Below are positions 1-11,300 of a stretch of 64,000 bases of DNA, piece after piece. The notes under the pieces were generated by a model. It had not been told where the DNA came from. It worked only from the letters and a program-made list of their open reading frames with translations, and made no database searches. Source of the DNA: a virus. Taxonomy: Duplodnaviria; Caudoviricetes. Within the stretch, counting starts at the first letter, position 1; every line of letters begins with the position of its first letter. The position numbers and the translations under genes were made by a program. The DNA is taken from the IMG/VR virus record IMGVR_UViG_3300027759_000044. The stretch is one strand, 5' to 3'.

Positions 1-1
1 T

Positions 2-1411
2 ATCACTGTAGCAGGCCCTACCGCTTTTACGGCAACTGCCACGTCAGACACGGCTGCAGGCGCAGAAGAAACGGCAAGAAAGCAAGCTTTTATTAAAGCT
101 ACTTCTACGTATGGAGTAGGTACTACTCAAATAGTAGGTCAAGAGGAAGTTAAAGTTAGATTAAATAATGATCCTGAGACTTATGGTAGTGGGGTGCCAA
201 CAACCTATACCGCAACATATACTATTCAAGCAGAACAAATAGCCCCGGCAAAAACTCCTGACCCTGTACCAGTAGCTACCCCACCAGAGACCCAAGTAAC
301 AACTACACCTCCCTTTACACCACCGCCAATAGATAATCAAACAGTAGTTCCAGTAGTAGCTCCTGACCCTCCGCCTAATTTTGCACCAGTAGTTGCACCA
401 GCTACAATTCCAGACAATCCGGGACTTGATGACGGGCCCCAAATACCAAACCCTGTTAAATTGGTATCACAAGAAATACCTATTGGTAATCAAACAACTG
501 ATGTAATTACACCTCCTTCAGCAAATCAACCTTCTAATTTACAAATTGCTAGTGTTGTTGCTGTTCAAGGACTTCAGGCTAATAAGAATCCAGCAGTTTC
601 TGAACAATCAAGACAAGATGCAGTAAATAAAAAAACAACAGATGATTGGCGAGTAAGATTAAGTTTAGCACCAAACACAAACTACTTATATAATGCAACT
701 CCTGCAGGTATATTAGAGCCATTACAAAATACGGATGGTGTTGTTTTTCCTTATGTACCACAAATACAAGTTTCATACGCTGCCAATTATGAAACGTCAG
801 ATATTGTACATAGTAATTATAAAATGATTCAATATAAAAATAGTGCAGTAGATCAAATAACCATAACCGGCGATTTTACCGCCCAAGATGCATTTGAAGC
901 AAATTACTTATTAGCAGTAATACATTTCTTTAGATCGGTTACTAAAATGTTTTATGGTAAAGACCAGGTTCCCAAACCAGGCACGCCCCCACCGTTATGT
1001 TATTTGCATGGGTTAGGAGATTTTCAATTTAATTATCATCCATTAGTTATTAGTTCATTTAATTATAGCTTGCCGAACGATGTGGACTATATACGTGCAA
1101 GCAGTCCTACATTGGCACCCGGAGCTGACTCAACTGCATATAATCTTAAGGGTGGACCACAATCAGCGGGAAACATTAGGATGAAACAAGGAGAAAAACC
1201 ATTGAATACGGGTGCAACAGTATCACCGGCTAACTTTCCAAATAAAGCAACAAACACACAACCAACATATGTACCTACTAAAATGAGCATCTCAATAACA
1301 GCCTTCCCGATAGTAACTAGAAATAATATTAGTAATACTTTTAGTTTAGAAAAATATGCAACTGGCGCATTATTAGAGGGTAATAAACTTAAGGGCGGGG
1401 GAATTTGGTAA
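2..1411 (+). CDS. Baseplate/tail-tube initiator-like protein (T4 gp48/gp54 or eCIS tube-initiator type), 5'-truncated by the window edge
   Basis: Frame is open from position 2 to TAA 1409-1411. Pro/Thr-rich linker, then a tube-like domain (GVVFPYVPQIQVSY...ITITGDFTAQ...GTPPPLCYL...ISSFNYSLP). Heads a gp53-gp27-gp5-gp25-gp6 gene run. Confidence 0.6.
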   Translation: MTVAGPTAFTATATSDTAAGAEETARKQAFIKATSTYGVGTTQIVGQEEVKVRLNNDPETYGSGVPTTYTATYTIQAEQIAPAKTPDPVPVATPPETQVTTTPPFTPPPIDNQTVVPVVAPDPPPNFAPVVAPATIPDNPGLDDGPQIPNPVKLVSQEIPIGNQTTDVITPPSANQPSNLQIASVVAVQGLQANKNPAVSEQSRQDAVNKKTTDDWRVRLSLAPNTNYLYNATPAGILEPLQNTDGVVFPYVPQIQVSYAANYETSDIVHSNYKMIQYKNSAVDQITITGDFTAQDAFEANYLLAVIHFFRSVTKMFYGKDQVPKPGTPPPLCYLHGLGDFQFNYHPLVISSFNYSLPNDVDYIRASSPTLAPGADSTAYNLKGGPQSAGNIRMKQGEKPLNTGATVSPANFPNKATNTQPTYVPTKMSISITAFPIVTRNNISNTFSLEKYATGALLEGNKLKGGGIW

Positions 1412-1722
1412 TGGCAAATAACACATCATATCCAGCAACAAGTCCATATTATTCAACTGACATAGTTAATAGTAAGTTTTTAGATGTAATGATAGATAGA
1501 CCTATCGTTAAAGACCAATCAGATATATATTGGGAGATTACATTAGTATATGAATATCGTCCTGATTTATTAGCATTTGACTTATATGCTGATAGTAGAT
1601 TGTGGTGGGTATTTGCTAGCAGAAATCCAAATAGATTAAAAGATCCAATGTTTGATTTTGTCACAGGTTTGGGAATTTACTTGCCTAAAGCAGAGATGTT
1701 AACACAAATATTGGGACTATAA
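1411..1722 (+). CDS. Baseplate wedge protein, T4 gp53/LysM-like
   Basis: ATG 1411 overlaps the upstream stop (TAATG). Motif YEYRPDLLAFDLYADSRLWWVFASRN resembles gp53-like proteins; synteny agrees. Confidence 0.65.
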   Translation: MANNTSYPATSPYYSTDIVNSKFLDVMIDRPIVKDQSDIYWEITLVYEYRPDLLAFDLYADSRLWWVFASRNPNRLKDPMFDFVTGLGIYLPKAEMLTQILGL

Positions 1723-4386
1723 ATGTATTCTATTAATATACAAGCCAATACCGGACTTTGGATAGTAATTGATGATACTACCGGTAAAACTATTAGTAGA
1801 GGAGCCGACCCGTTAATAGCCATTAATCTTGCTATTGAAAAGGGCATGCCAAGCACCTTTAAGGAGCCATTATTATCTCAAGCTGAGATAATAGAGAAAA
1901 AAAAGAAAGAAGAATTAGACGCTAGACTTGCTGCCGACGAAGCCGAACGAAACGCACGTGAAGCATCAAACAATAATCCAACCAATCTTAAGGGCTCCGC
2001 TGACAGTGATAGCGGTAGTGAAGCTAAAAATACTCAAGCTAAAAACAATCCTCCTAATGCTAGCGGTGTGTATAATGAAAATAGTAATGAAATGGAAGTG
2101 CAAGCTAAAAATTATGCGGGTTCTACTCAAGCAGGATCAGCTAATGTTGCAACAAAAAGACCAGGGTACACAACAGGTGACCTCCCTGGATTAAGAATAC
2201 AAAATCCATTATCAAATCTATCTAGTTATACATATCAGACAACATTATATATGATAACACCTGATGCTTATACTGCCTTTATTGAATCGGGTAGAACTAA
2301 TATTGATGCAATTAAAAAAGCAGTAACCACGTCGGCTGCTGCCGCAGTAAAAGCTAGTGAATCAGGCGCATATATTGTTGCACAAAGTGGTGGAATAGGA
2401 CCCACACAACAAAGAATACCAGGGGCCGAATTTGACTTTTATATAGATGAGTTAAAAATTTATAATTACCTACAAGGTTCGGCTACTACTACATCATCTA
2501 ATGATTATAAGATAACTTTTAATATATATGAACCGCAAGGATTTTCATTAATAACAAAATTAACTAATGCATCAGATCACTTAAGATCCGTTAGTAAAGT
2601 AAAAAACTTTAATAAACAATCTAATCCAACTAGACACTTTTTTATTCTAGGTTTACGTTTTCAAGGGTACGACGAAGCCGGACAAGTTCTAACAAAAAAA
2701 ACATTCCCTCAGGATAATTTTAATTCAGATTCAGGTGGAGTGTTTGAAAGATTTTTTGACATTGAAATTAGAAGTTTTAAATTTAAACTTGACGGAAAAG
2801 TAACAGTTTATAATATTGAATCAGTAGTTATTGGTCCGGGTACAGCTATGGGCGTTAAACGAGGTAGAATAGATAGTGGAGCAACAGTTCAAGGAGAGAC
2901 CGTAGATCAAGCATTGCAAGGAAAGGACGGATTATTAACAAAATTAAACAAACAATTAAAAGAACGGGCAGATGCAGATCCAAACAAAGTAAGTGTACCA
3001 TCAGAATATAAATTAGTTTACTTGGGCCCTGGTACAAAAGAATTAATAGGTGACTCACCAATTGTTAATATAACCAATTTGGTTAAAAATACATGGCCAA
3101 TGGGTGAGGGAATACAAGATATTAGAGGTGTGAATGAAAATGCCTCAGTTAGATTACTTCCTAATAGTAATCAACGTAGTATTACATGGAAAAATGGAGT
3201 AAGCATAATGCAAGCAGTACAAGATATTATCACCCAAAGTGATTATATGCTTGACGCATTAACTGCAATTATACCTAATCAAGAAGAACCAAATCCAAAA
3301 CCAAACAGTGAAAGCAAAAAGAGAGGTACCAAAACACCCGGTATATTTAGATGGTATAATCTAAGTGCAGAAGTAAAGGTTAAAGAGTTTGATACTTCAA
3401 TTAAAGATTTTGCATATGAAATTACATATATCATTCAACCATATGATACTCCTTATGTAAGAAGTAAACATTTAACCGCCACTAAAGAATATTATGGAGC
3501 ACATAAACGATATGATTATTGGTATACTGGAAAAAACTCGGAAATATTATCATATGAACAAACTATGAATAACGCATTTTTCAATGCTACTTTAAATCCC
3601 GGAACCGCAACTGGTAACGATGATGTTCCTAGTAGTCCGGGAAAATTTACTAATGAAACTAAAACTACACAGTTGAATGTGAGTAAACAAGCACAAAATT
3701 CTGTATTAGCTAGTTTATTTAGTGTAGCTGATTATGCTCAAGTTAAGCTTACTATTATGGGCGATCCGGATTATTTAATGACCGAGTCATCTGGTAGTCC
3801 TAATGCAGTATATCGTCAATTTTATGGTCAAGATTTTACTATTAATCCAAACGGTGGTCAAGTTTTTATTGAGATTGATTTTAAAGAAGCAGAAGATTAT
3901 GGTACAAATGGGTTGTTAACGGTCAACCAATCCGTATTGTTTTGGAATTATCCCAAACAAATAAAAGATATTGTTAAAGGTATTAGCTATGTTGTAGTAC
4001 AAGTACAGCATAGTTTCAGTAAAGGTAAATTTACACAAGAATTAACATGTAGAATTAATCCGTTTAATAATTACAACGATCCAGAACTATATCGTTCTGC
4101 TGCATCAGATCCTAATACTAATATTGGTTCCGAAGTAGAAGCAGGCGTACGTACCTCAGAAACACAAGGCGGCGGAGTTGATAAAACACAAACTGCAGGT
4201 AATACTGGACTTAAAGGAGATCCGATAGTACAACCGGTAAATCCTGAATTAGGAAATCAAGGCGGTACTTCTAATCAACCGTCCGTTCTAGCCAGCTCAC
4301 CTAATGATGATAGAGACCCGCCACCAGCTGTTGTTATAGCAAGTCAAGGAAGAGAGCCACCTGAATCATCTGGAAATGGAGCTTAA
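1723..4386 (+). CDS. Baseplate hub protein (gp27-like), inferred
   Basis: 887 aa between gp53-like and gp5-like genes. C-terminal KLTIMGDPDYL and VVQVQHSFSKGKFTQELTC resemble hub (gp27/gpD) C-terminal motifs. Confidence 0.5.
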   Translation: MYSINIQANTGLWIVIDDTTGKTISRGADPLIAINLAIEKGMPSTFKEPLLSQAEIIEKKKKEELDARLAADEAERNAREASNNNPTNLKGSADSDSGSEAKNTQAKNNPPNASGVYNENSNEMEVQAKNYAGSTQAGSANVATKRPGYTTGDLPGLRIQNPLSNLSSYTYQTTLYMITPDAYTAFIESGRTNIDAIKKAVTTSAAAAVKASESGAYIVAQSGGIGPTQQRIPGAEFDFYIDELKIYNYLQGSATTTSSNDYKITFNIYEPQGFSLITKLTNASDHLRSVSKVKNFNKQSNPTRHFFILGLRFQGYDEAGQVLTKKTFPQDNFNSDSGGVFERFFDIEIRSFKFKLDGKVTVYNIESVVIGPGTAMGVKRGRIDSGATVQGETVDQALQGKDGLLTKLNKQLKERADADPNKVSVPSEYKLVYLGPGTKELIGDSPIVNITNLVKNTWPMGEGIQDIRGVNENASVRLLPNSNQRSITWKNGVSIMQAVQDIITQSDYMLDALTAIIPNQEEPNPKPNSESKKRGTKTPGIFRWYNLSAEVKVKEFDTSIKDFAYEITYIIQPYDTPYVRSKHLTATKEYYGAHKRYDYWYTGKNSEILSYEQTMNNAFFNATLNPGTATGNDDVPSSPGKFTNETKTTQLNVSKQAQNSVLASLFSVADYAQVKLTIMGDPDYLMTESSGSPNAVYRQFYGQDFTINPNGGQVFIEIDFKEAEDYGTNGLLTVNQSVLFWNYPKQIKDIVKGISYVVVQVQHSFSKGKFTQELTCRINPFNNYNDPELYRSAASDPNTNIGSEVEAGVRTSETQGGGVDKTQTAGNTGLKGDPIVQPVNPELGNQGGTSNQPSVLASSPNDDRDPPPAVVIASQGREPPESSGNGA

Positions 4387-4400
4387 CTTAAAGAAATATT

Positions 4401-7400
4401 ATGGAATACGATGGATTTAAACCCCGTGGGGAAACAAAAGCAAATAAAGCTGATGCCGGTGGTGCAGCATTACGTAACCTACCATTATTTGGTATTGTAA
4501 AAAACAACATTGACCCTATTCGTTCAGGTAGATTGCAAGTTTACATTAGTGATTTAGGCGGACCTAATCCTGATGATAGTACAAGTTGGTCTACTGTAAG
4601 TTATATGAGTCCATTTTATGGTTTTACTACTCCATCAGGAGCCGACACCGGGTACGGAGAATATATAAAAAATCCGCACAGTTATGGTGTATGGAATAGC
4701 CCACCTGATCTTGGCACAACTGTTATTTGTGTATTCATTAACGGAGATCCTAATTATGGTTTTTGGATTGGATGTGTACCAGAACCAGATGCATTGCAAA
4801 TGGTTCCTGCAATTGGTGGTACTGACAATATTGTTGCAAATGCAGGAGAGGCAAAGGGATTAGGTGGCGCCGTCAGATTACCTGTAACTAATATTAACAC
4901 AAATAATCCGGGTATTGCCAACACCGGAAAGTTTTTAACTGATGCTAAACCTGTACATAGTTATGTTGCTAGTATATTAGCACAGCAAGGATTAATCAGA
5001 GATCCTATTAGAGGTGTTATTGGTTCTAGTGCCCAACGTGAAAGCCCAAGCCGAGTTGGTTGGGGAGTAAGCACACCAGGACGTCCTATATATGAAGGTG
5101 GTTTTACTGATGAAACAATTGCTAAGGCTGCAACAAGTGGTAAATCAACTGGATTAAAAGTTGTTGCCCGCAGAGGTGGTCATACATTAGTAATGGATGA
5201 TGGAGATATATTAGGTCGTGACCAATTGGTAAGACTACGTAGTAGTTTAGGACATCAAATATTAATGAGTGATGATGGCCAATGTTTACACATTATTCAT
5301 GCTAACGGACAAAGTTGGATTGAGTTAGGTAAAGAAGGCACAATTGATATGTATTCTACCAATTCAGTTAATGTAAGAACACAGGGTGATTTGAATTTAC
5401 ATGCTGATAATAATATTAATATCAATGCAGGTAAAGCATTAAACATAAGTGCTGATACGATTGCAATTAGCAGTGAAAAAGAAACTACACAAAAAGTTGG
5501 AACAGATTTTAGCTTATATGCTTCAGGACAATACACTACTAAAGTAGATGGTAAGATGAGTTTTGCTAGCGCAGCCGACTCATCTTTTTATAGTGACGCA
5601 ATAACATATTTTAATGGTAGCAAGATTAATTTGAACACAGGCACATCAAGTTTAGTACCACAAGAAGTTAAACCATTACCAATAACAGCGCATACTGACA
5701 CATTAAATGATGCGACTAAAGGATGGGCAGCTGCACCGGGCAAGTTATTAAGTATTGTGAGTAGAGCACCTGCACATGCACCATGGGCTAGCGCAAATCA
5801 AGGTGTAGATGTTAAAGTTAATAACAATGCAAGTGCCGCATTACCGGCAGCACCATTGCCAGCAGTAGCGGCCGCAAATGCAAGTGCAGGCGAAGTGGGA
5901 GTAACCGCACCTGTAACAGTAGCGGTTGCTTCTACTGTACCACCATCAGCGGCAATTAGCGCGGCATTAGATAAAAATACAACTGGTACAATGGTTGCTC
6001 AATTATCTACGTTAGCCGCTACTGGACCGGCAGCTGCCGCAGTTAAATTGGGTGCGGCTGTAGTAGAAACAGCAACTGGTCCAGTAGCGGCAATTGGTGC
6101 TATGGCACAAAGTCCTGCGCAAATGGAAGCATGTGGTGTTATTAAACCAGGTTCAGCTGCATTAGTTAATTGTTTAGTAGAGGGTGGTAAAACGGTACAA
6201 CAAGCATTAACCCCAAATTTATTTACAGGCAAAGACGGTGCATCAAACTTAACTAGCTATGTAAATAATCCAGTAGCACAAGTTGCCGGAGCAGTGGCTA
6301 CATTGTCACAAGCGCAATCAGCATTAACAACAGCCGGTTTAATTACTGGTAAAGAATCAGGCTCATCAATTGCAGGTTTAGTAATGTCAGCGGCAACAAC
6401 TGGAGTAACTAATACGGTAAACTTTGTTAAAAATGCCGCTACACAAGCACTTGGTGTAGTAACTGGAGTAGTAGGAACCGCTACTAAGGCAGTAAATAGT
6501 TTGTTGGGCGGCCCCGGTAATTTAATAGCAGGTGGTAATTTTGCGGGCGCATTAGCAACTAAAGTTACTGGTGCACTAGGTGGCATATCAGCCTCATTAG
6601 ACGGATTGAAAAAGACTGCATTGGCAGGACTTAAAGGAATAACAGGTTTACTAGATAACGCAAAAGGGGTAGCGGCTGCAGCCTTTGGGGCAATTACTGC
6701 TTCTTTACCAACACTAAAAGCCGGAGTTCCTCAAAACATCAAAGACATAACAGAAAAAGCAATTGCTGTAGCTCAAGCTCCGGTACAGGTACCGGGCACC
6801 AATTCATTGACAGGAGCATTAAATTCTATAACAGGAGCGGTAAAAGGAGCACTAGCAGGAGCCAATCCATTAGCAGGAGCATTGAAGGATGTGACTGGTG
6901 CCAACCCGTTGTCAGGCGCATTAAGTTCTGTAACTAATGTTGTAACCGGGGCAGTATCAACTGTAACCGGGGCAGTATCAACTGTAACCGGAGCATTGGG
7001 TACGGTGGATACAACACTTAGTACAGCCACCGGATTAATTAAAACATCATTGGGCGGAACTACAAACTTGTCTACTGGTTTAGATTTATTGCCCGGTGGA
7101 GGTGGAGGTTCGTCATTAGTTAATAATGCCGTCGGTGCTGTCAATAGTATACCGGGGGTAGCAGCCGTTAACGGTTTAATTGGTCAAGCAAAATCAATTA
7201 CAGATGGGATATCTAGTTTAACCTCAGTTAATCCGTTGGCATCTTCAGGTGCATTAAATGCGATTAAAGGAGCAGCCGGGGCATTGACAAAAGGTTTAGA
7301 TGATTTAAAGAGTGGTAAACTATCATTAGCAACATTGGCGTCTGCTGGATTGCCGGCGGGAGCAGCCGCACAATTAAATGCCGCTATGAGTTCAATGAGT

Positions 7401-7826
7401 TCAGGTGGCGCCGTCCCAATTAAATTACCTACAATAGCTATTAATACAAATGATAGAAGTGAATTAACGCAATCAATAACAGCATTATTGGGCAGTGTAA
7501 AAATACCAATGCCAAACTTTGAAGGAAACCCGGCTACATTGGGGAAAACAATGTCTGAAGCTGATATTGCAGAATACGACAAGGCAACGGCAGAACTTAA
7601 TAACCTTAGTGATAAACGATTTGATTTAATCAAAGACCTAAGGAACGCTCAAGGTGCTCTTAGAAAAGCTAAAGAAGAATTACCGGCCGGTGATCCTGGA
7701 ATTGCAAGTGCAGAGGCAGCATATAATACTGCTAAAGAAAATATAACTAATTTAGATAAACAACGTGAAGAATTGAAGAAAAGAGTATTTGAGGTTACTA
7801 CGGGTGATAAGCCCATGACAGCATAA
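4401..7826 (+). CDS. Baseplate central spike, gp5/VgrG-like, with long Gly/Ala-rich C-terminal extension
   Basis: N-terminal OB-fold motif FGIVKNNIDPIRSGRLQVYI...VICVFINGDPNYGFWIG; beta-helix segment GGHTLVMDDG...GHQILMSDD...SWIELGKEGTIDMYS; followed by gp25. Confidence 0.75.
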   Translation: MEYDGFKPRGETKANKADAGGAALRNLPLFGIVKNNIDPIRSGRLQVYISDLGGPNPDDSTSWSTVSYMSPFYGFTTPSGADTGYGEYIKNPHSYGVWNSPPDLGTTVICVFINGDPNYGFWIGCVPEPDALQMVPAIGGTDNIVANAGEAKGLGGAVRLPVTNINTNNPGIANTGKFLTDAKPVHSYVASILAQQGLIRDPIRGVIGSSAQRESPSRVGWGVSTPGRPIYEGGFTDETIAKAATSGKSTGLKVVARRGGHTLVMDDGDILGRDQLVRLRSSLGHQILMSDDGQCLHIIHANGQSWIELGKEGTIDMYSTNSVNVRTQGDLNLHADNNININAGKALNISADTIAISSEKETTQKVGTDFSLYASGQYTTKVDGKMSFASAADSSFYSDAITYFNGSKINLNTGTSSLVPQEVKPLPITAHTDTLNDATKGWAAAPGKLLSIVSRAPAHAPWASANQGVDVKVNNNASAALPAAPLPAVAAANASAGEVGVTAPVTVAVASTVPPSAAISAALDKNTTGTMVAQLSTLAATGPAAAAVKLGAAVVETATGPVAAIGAMAQSPAQMEACGVIKPGSAALVNCLVEGGKTVQQALTPNLFTGKDGASNLTSYVNNPVAQVAGAVATLSQAQSALTTAGLITGKESGSSIAGLVMSAATTGVTNTVNFVKNAATQALGVVTGVVGTATKAVNSLLGGPGNLIAGGNFAGALATKVTGALGGISASLDGLKKTALAGLKGITGLLDNAKGVAAAAFGAITASLPTLKAGVPQNIKDITEKAIAVAQAPVQVPGTNSLTGALNSITGAVKGALAGANPLAGALKDVTGANPLSGALSSVTNVVTGAVSTVTGAVSTVTGALGTVDTTLSTATGLIKTSLGGTTNLSTGLDLLPGGGGGSSLVNNAVGAVNSIPGVAAVNGLIGQAKSITDGISSLTSVNPLASSGALNAIKGAAGALTKGLDDLKSGKLSLATLASAGLPAGAAAQLNAAMSSMSSGGAVPIKLPTIAINTNDRSELTQSITALLGSVKIPMPNFEGNPATLGKTMSEADIAEYDKATAELNNLSDKRFDLIKDLRNAQGALRKAKEELPAGDPGIASAEAAYNTAKENITNLDKQREELKKRVFEVTTGDKPMTA
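6941..6991 (+). repeat. 21-nt tandem repeat (TGTAACCGGGGCAGTATCAAC, about 2.4 copies) encoding VTGAVST
   Basis: Two exact copies at 6941-6961 and 6962-6982, partial third copy to 6991. Confidence 0.9.
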
Positions 7827-7827
7827 C

Positions 7828-7834
7828 ATAAATA
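7828..7834 (+). promoter_or_regulatory. T4-like late promoter element (ATAAATA) upstream of gp25-like gene
   Basis: Intergenic ATAAATA resembling T4 late TATAAATA; SD-like GAGGA lies before ATG 7852. Confidence 0.65.
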
Positions 7835-7851
7835 CAGTAGAGGATAAGAAT

Positions 7852-8301
7852 ATGCCATCATACATTGGGTTCAGTACAATTAACGCTAACAAGCCACGAT
7901 CTACTAATTTGCCGGCCGGTCTTGCAGGTGGAGTAGGTTCTATGGTACAACCAGTTATACCTGGAAAAAAATACAGATTAGTAGACGAATCACTTGTAAT
8001 ACAAGATTTTATTAACTCATTAAATATTCAACAGGGACAAAAAGTAGGCAATCCTGGTTATGGTACTACTCTTTGGAGTTTTGTATTTGAGCCAAATACG
8101 TTTGATGTACAACAACAATTAGAAACTGAAATTAGACGAGTTGCTAATCAAGATCCGAGACTAATACTTAATACTGTTAGTGCATTCCCGCAAGAAAACG
8201 GTATATTAATTGAGGTAGAAATGGCTGTTACACCATTTAATAACGCACAAACACTTAGTGTTTTCTTTAATAATAGTACAAATACAGCAGTAATTCAATA
8301 A
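7852..8301 (+). CDS. Baseplate wedge protein gp25-like
   Basis: LNIQQGQKVGNPGYGTTLWSFVFEP...IRRVANQDPR is the typical gp25/GPW pattern; lies directly before gp6. Confidence 0.85.
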   Translation: MPSYIGFSTINANKPRSTNLPAGLAGGVGSMVQPVIPGKKYRLVDESLVIQDFINSLNIQQGQKVGNPGYGTTLWSFVFEPNTFDVQQQLETEIRRVANQDPRLILNTVSAFPQENGILIEVEMAVTPFNNAQTLSVFFNNSTNTAVIQ

Positions 8302-8329
8302 TCTTCCAAAAGTGATGTTTTCATTTAAG

Positions 8330-8336
8330 ATAAATA
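8330..8336 (+). promoter_or_regulatory. T4-like late promoter element (ATAAATA) upstream of gp6-like gene
   Basis: Intergenic GATAAATA, 19 nt before ATG 8356. Confidence 0.65.
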
Positions 8337-8355
8337 CTTAAAAGAGAATACCACT

Positions 8356-11300
8356 ATGGCAACTAGTTCACGACAATCAGCATTATTCGGCGTCAATGAT
8401 TGGAAGGCAATTTATCAAACCTTCCGTGAAGCCGATTTCCGTTCATATGATTATGAAACATTACGTAAAAGTTTCATTGATTATCTACGTGTTTACTATC
8501 CAGAAACTTATAACGATTATATTGAATCAAGTGAATTCATAGCACTAATGGACGTTATGGCGTTTATGGGTCAAGGTTTAGCTTTCCGTAGCGACTTAAA
8601 CGCACGTGAAAACTTTATTGACACAGCAGAACGTAGAGATAGTGTTATTAAATTAGCAAATTTAGTTAGCTATACTGCTAAACGTAGTTTAGCTGGTCAA
8701 GGATATATTAAAGTAGTAAGTATTCAAACAAGTGAAAACATTACGGATCTTAATGGATTCAATTTAAGCAATCAAACAGTATTATGGAATGACCCTGCGA
8801 ATGTCAATTGGTTAGAACAATTCAACACAATTATTAATGCCACATTGATTAGTACACAACGTATTGGTCGTCCGGGTAATACAGCACAACTATCAGGTAT
8901 TAAAACTGAAGAATATACTATAAATATTCCTCAGGGTAATTTACCAATTATTCCATTCACTGCGGTAGTAGATAACCAAGCAATGAATTTTGAATTAGTT
9001 AGTTCAACTACATTAAATGAAGATTATGTATATGAGATACCCCCTGCGCCTAGCGGTAAAATGAATATGGCTTATCGTAATGATAAATTAGGTTATGGTA
9101 GTCCAAATACAGGTTTCTTCTTTTATTTTAAACAAGGTAATTTACAGAATTTTGATTTTAATTTAGCACAGCAAATATCTAATCAAGTAGTTGATATTGC
9201 TAATATTCAGGGAGTTAATAACACAGATACTTGGTTATATCAATTAAGTACAGATAATAATTCTACAATCAATAGAACATTATGGAATCAAGTAGAGAAT
9301 GTATATGCAGATGCCTATTTACAAACAGAAAATAGTGTTCGCAGAATCTTTTCAGTGGCTTCCAGATTTAACGATCAGGTTAGTTATACTTTTGGTGATG
9401 GAGTATTTTCCGAGATTCCAGTTGGAACATTTAGAGCATATGTACGTGCGGGTAATGCATTGACATATACTATTAATCCAACTGAGATGCAAAATCTATC
9501 AGTTGCAATAAGTTATATTAGTAGGGTAGGACGAACAGAAACACTTACATTAGGATTAGAATTACAGACACCAGTGTCAAACGCACAGGCTAGAGAATCA
9601 TTAGCAAATATTAAACAACGTGCCCCTGCCCGCTACTACACACAGAATAGAATGGTTAATGGTGAAGATTACAACAATTTCCCATATACATTATACAGTT
9701 CTATTATTAAAAGCAAAGCTATTAACCGTAGTTCTGTTGGTGTATCAAAAAACTTAGACCTGTTAGATCCAACCGGAAAATACTCCAGCACTAATTCATT
9801 TGCCTCAGATGGTGGAATGTATCAAGATGATACTGACGGTAATGAATTATTAACTATCAATTCATCTGGTGATATCATCACATTCTTAACAGATACATTA
9901 GGTGCACTCTTAGCAGATAATCGTGCTAGACAATATTATATACAAGATTATACGAGATACAATGTTAATGCGGCTTCCGGTGACGGTACAGTATATTGGC
10001 AAGAACAAACAGTTAATGCTAGTAGTTTAACTGGTTATTTCTTTACCATTAATGGTAGCGATAATACTCCTATAGCAGTAGGAACATATTCTACCTATAA
10101 TATGAAATATACTACTAAAGGTGCAATGATGAAATTCACTGCGCCGGCAGGATATTATTTTAGCGACACAAATCGTTTAATAGCTGGTATTGCTAGCCCA
10201 TCAGATAAAACATATATATGGACTACTGTATTAAATGTAGTAGGTGACGGATACAATAATGGTGAAGGCGCATTTAGTAATGGATTAGGTCCAATTACAT
10301 TAAATGGATATGTACCACAAGGTGCAATAGTAACTACTATATTGCCCGCATTTGATAATTCATTGCCTAATATAGTAATACAAGAATGTATTGTTAGAAT
10401 GGAACTTAATCAAAGTTTTAGTTTAATATTTGATAACAGTTTAACTATTGCTCAAGATCGTTGGAGTATTGGCACATATAATGCTAGTAATTATTTTGTA
10501 AACTTTTTAAGTTTAGGTAATAACCGTTATAGTATAACATATCGTTCATTAGCATATTATTTTGGTAGTGTAGCTGATACCCGTTTCACATTTGAAGCTG
10601 GTAAATTAGTATATGATCCTTTTAGTGGAAAAATATTACAAGACTTTGTTAAAGTATTAGCAACCAATACACAACCTAGTAGTAATTATCCATTAGCAAC
10701 ACCTATAACAGCAAGTATTATTGGTCAAACAGTTGAAAGTGACGGCTATGTAAATGATTTTGAAGTTGAAGTAGCAAGTATAGATGTTAATGATAGAACT
10801 ATTGTAAGTAATCCAGATTTCTTTACAGAAGTAACAGGTTATGTTAATGGTAATACTAATATAGGAATTTACACATTCTTTGTATTATTACAAGATGCGG
10901 TAAATCTTTCACGTTACCAATTAATACCATCAACCGATGTAGTGTATATCTATTCAACCAAAACACAAATTGAAATAGTTAAGTACGAGTACCCAGAAGG
11001 TCAATTGTTCTATGCATTTACCGATAATTTATTTTATACAACGATTCAAGATCAAACAGTTAACACACCATTTTATGTTGTAACTGAACAACCACAATAT
11101 ATTATGAAACCAGGACGTCAAGGATTACAATTCCAATATCGTCATAATAGTAATAACACAACACGTATTGATCCAGCAACTACAAACATTATTGATTTGT
11201 ATGTTGTAACTCAGGCTTATTATACAGAGTATCAAAACTGGTTACAAGATATTACTAATACTGTACCAATACCAGACAAACCAACAATTAATGAATTAAC

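Noticed and set aside
5297-7861. Several 70-150 aa minus-strand ORFs inside the spike gene
   Set aside because: Antisense shadows of Gly/Ala/Thr-rich codons; no SD or late element and no recognisable motifs.
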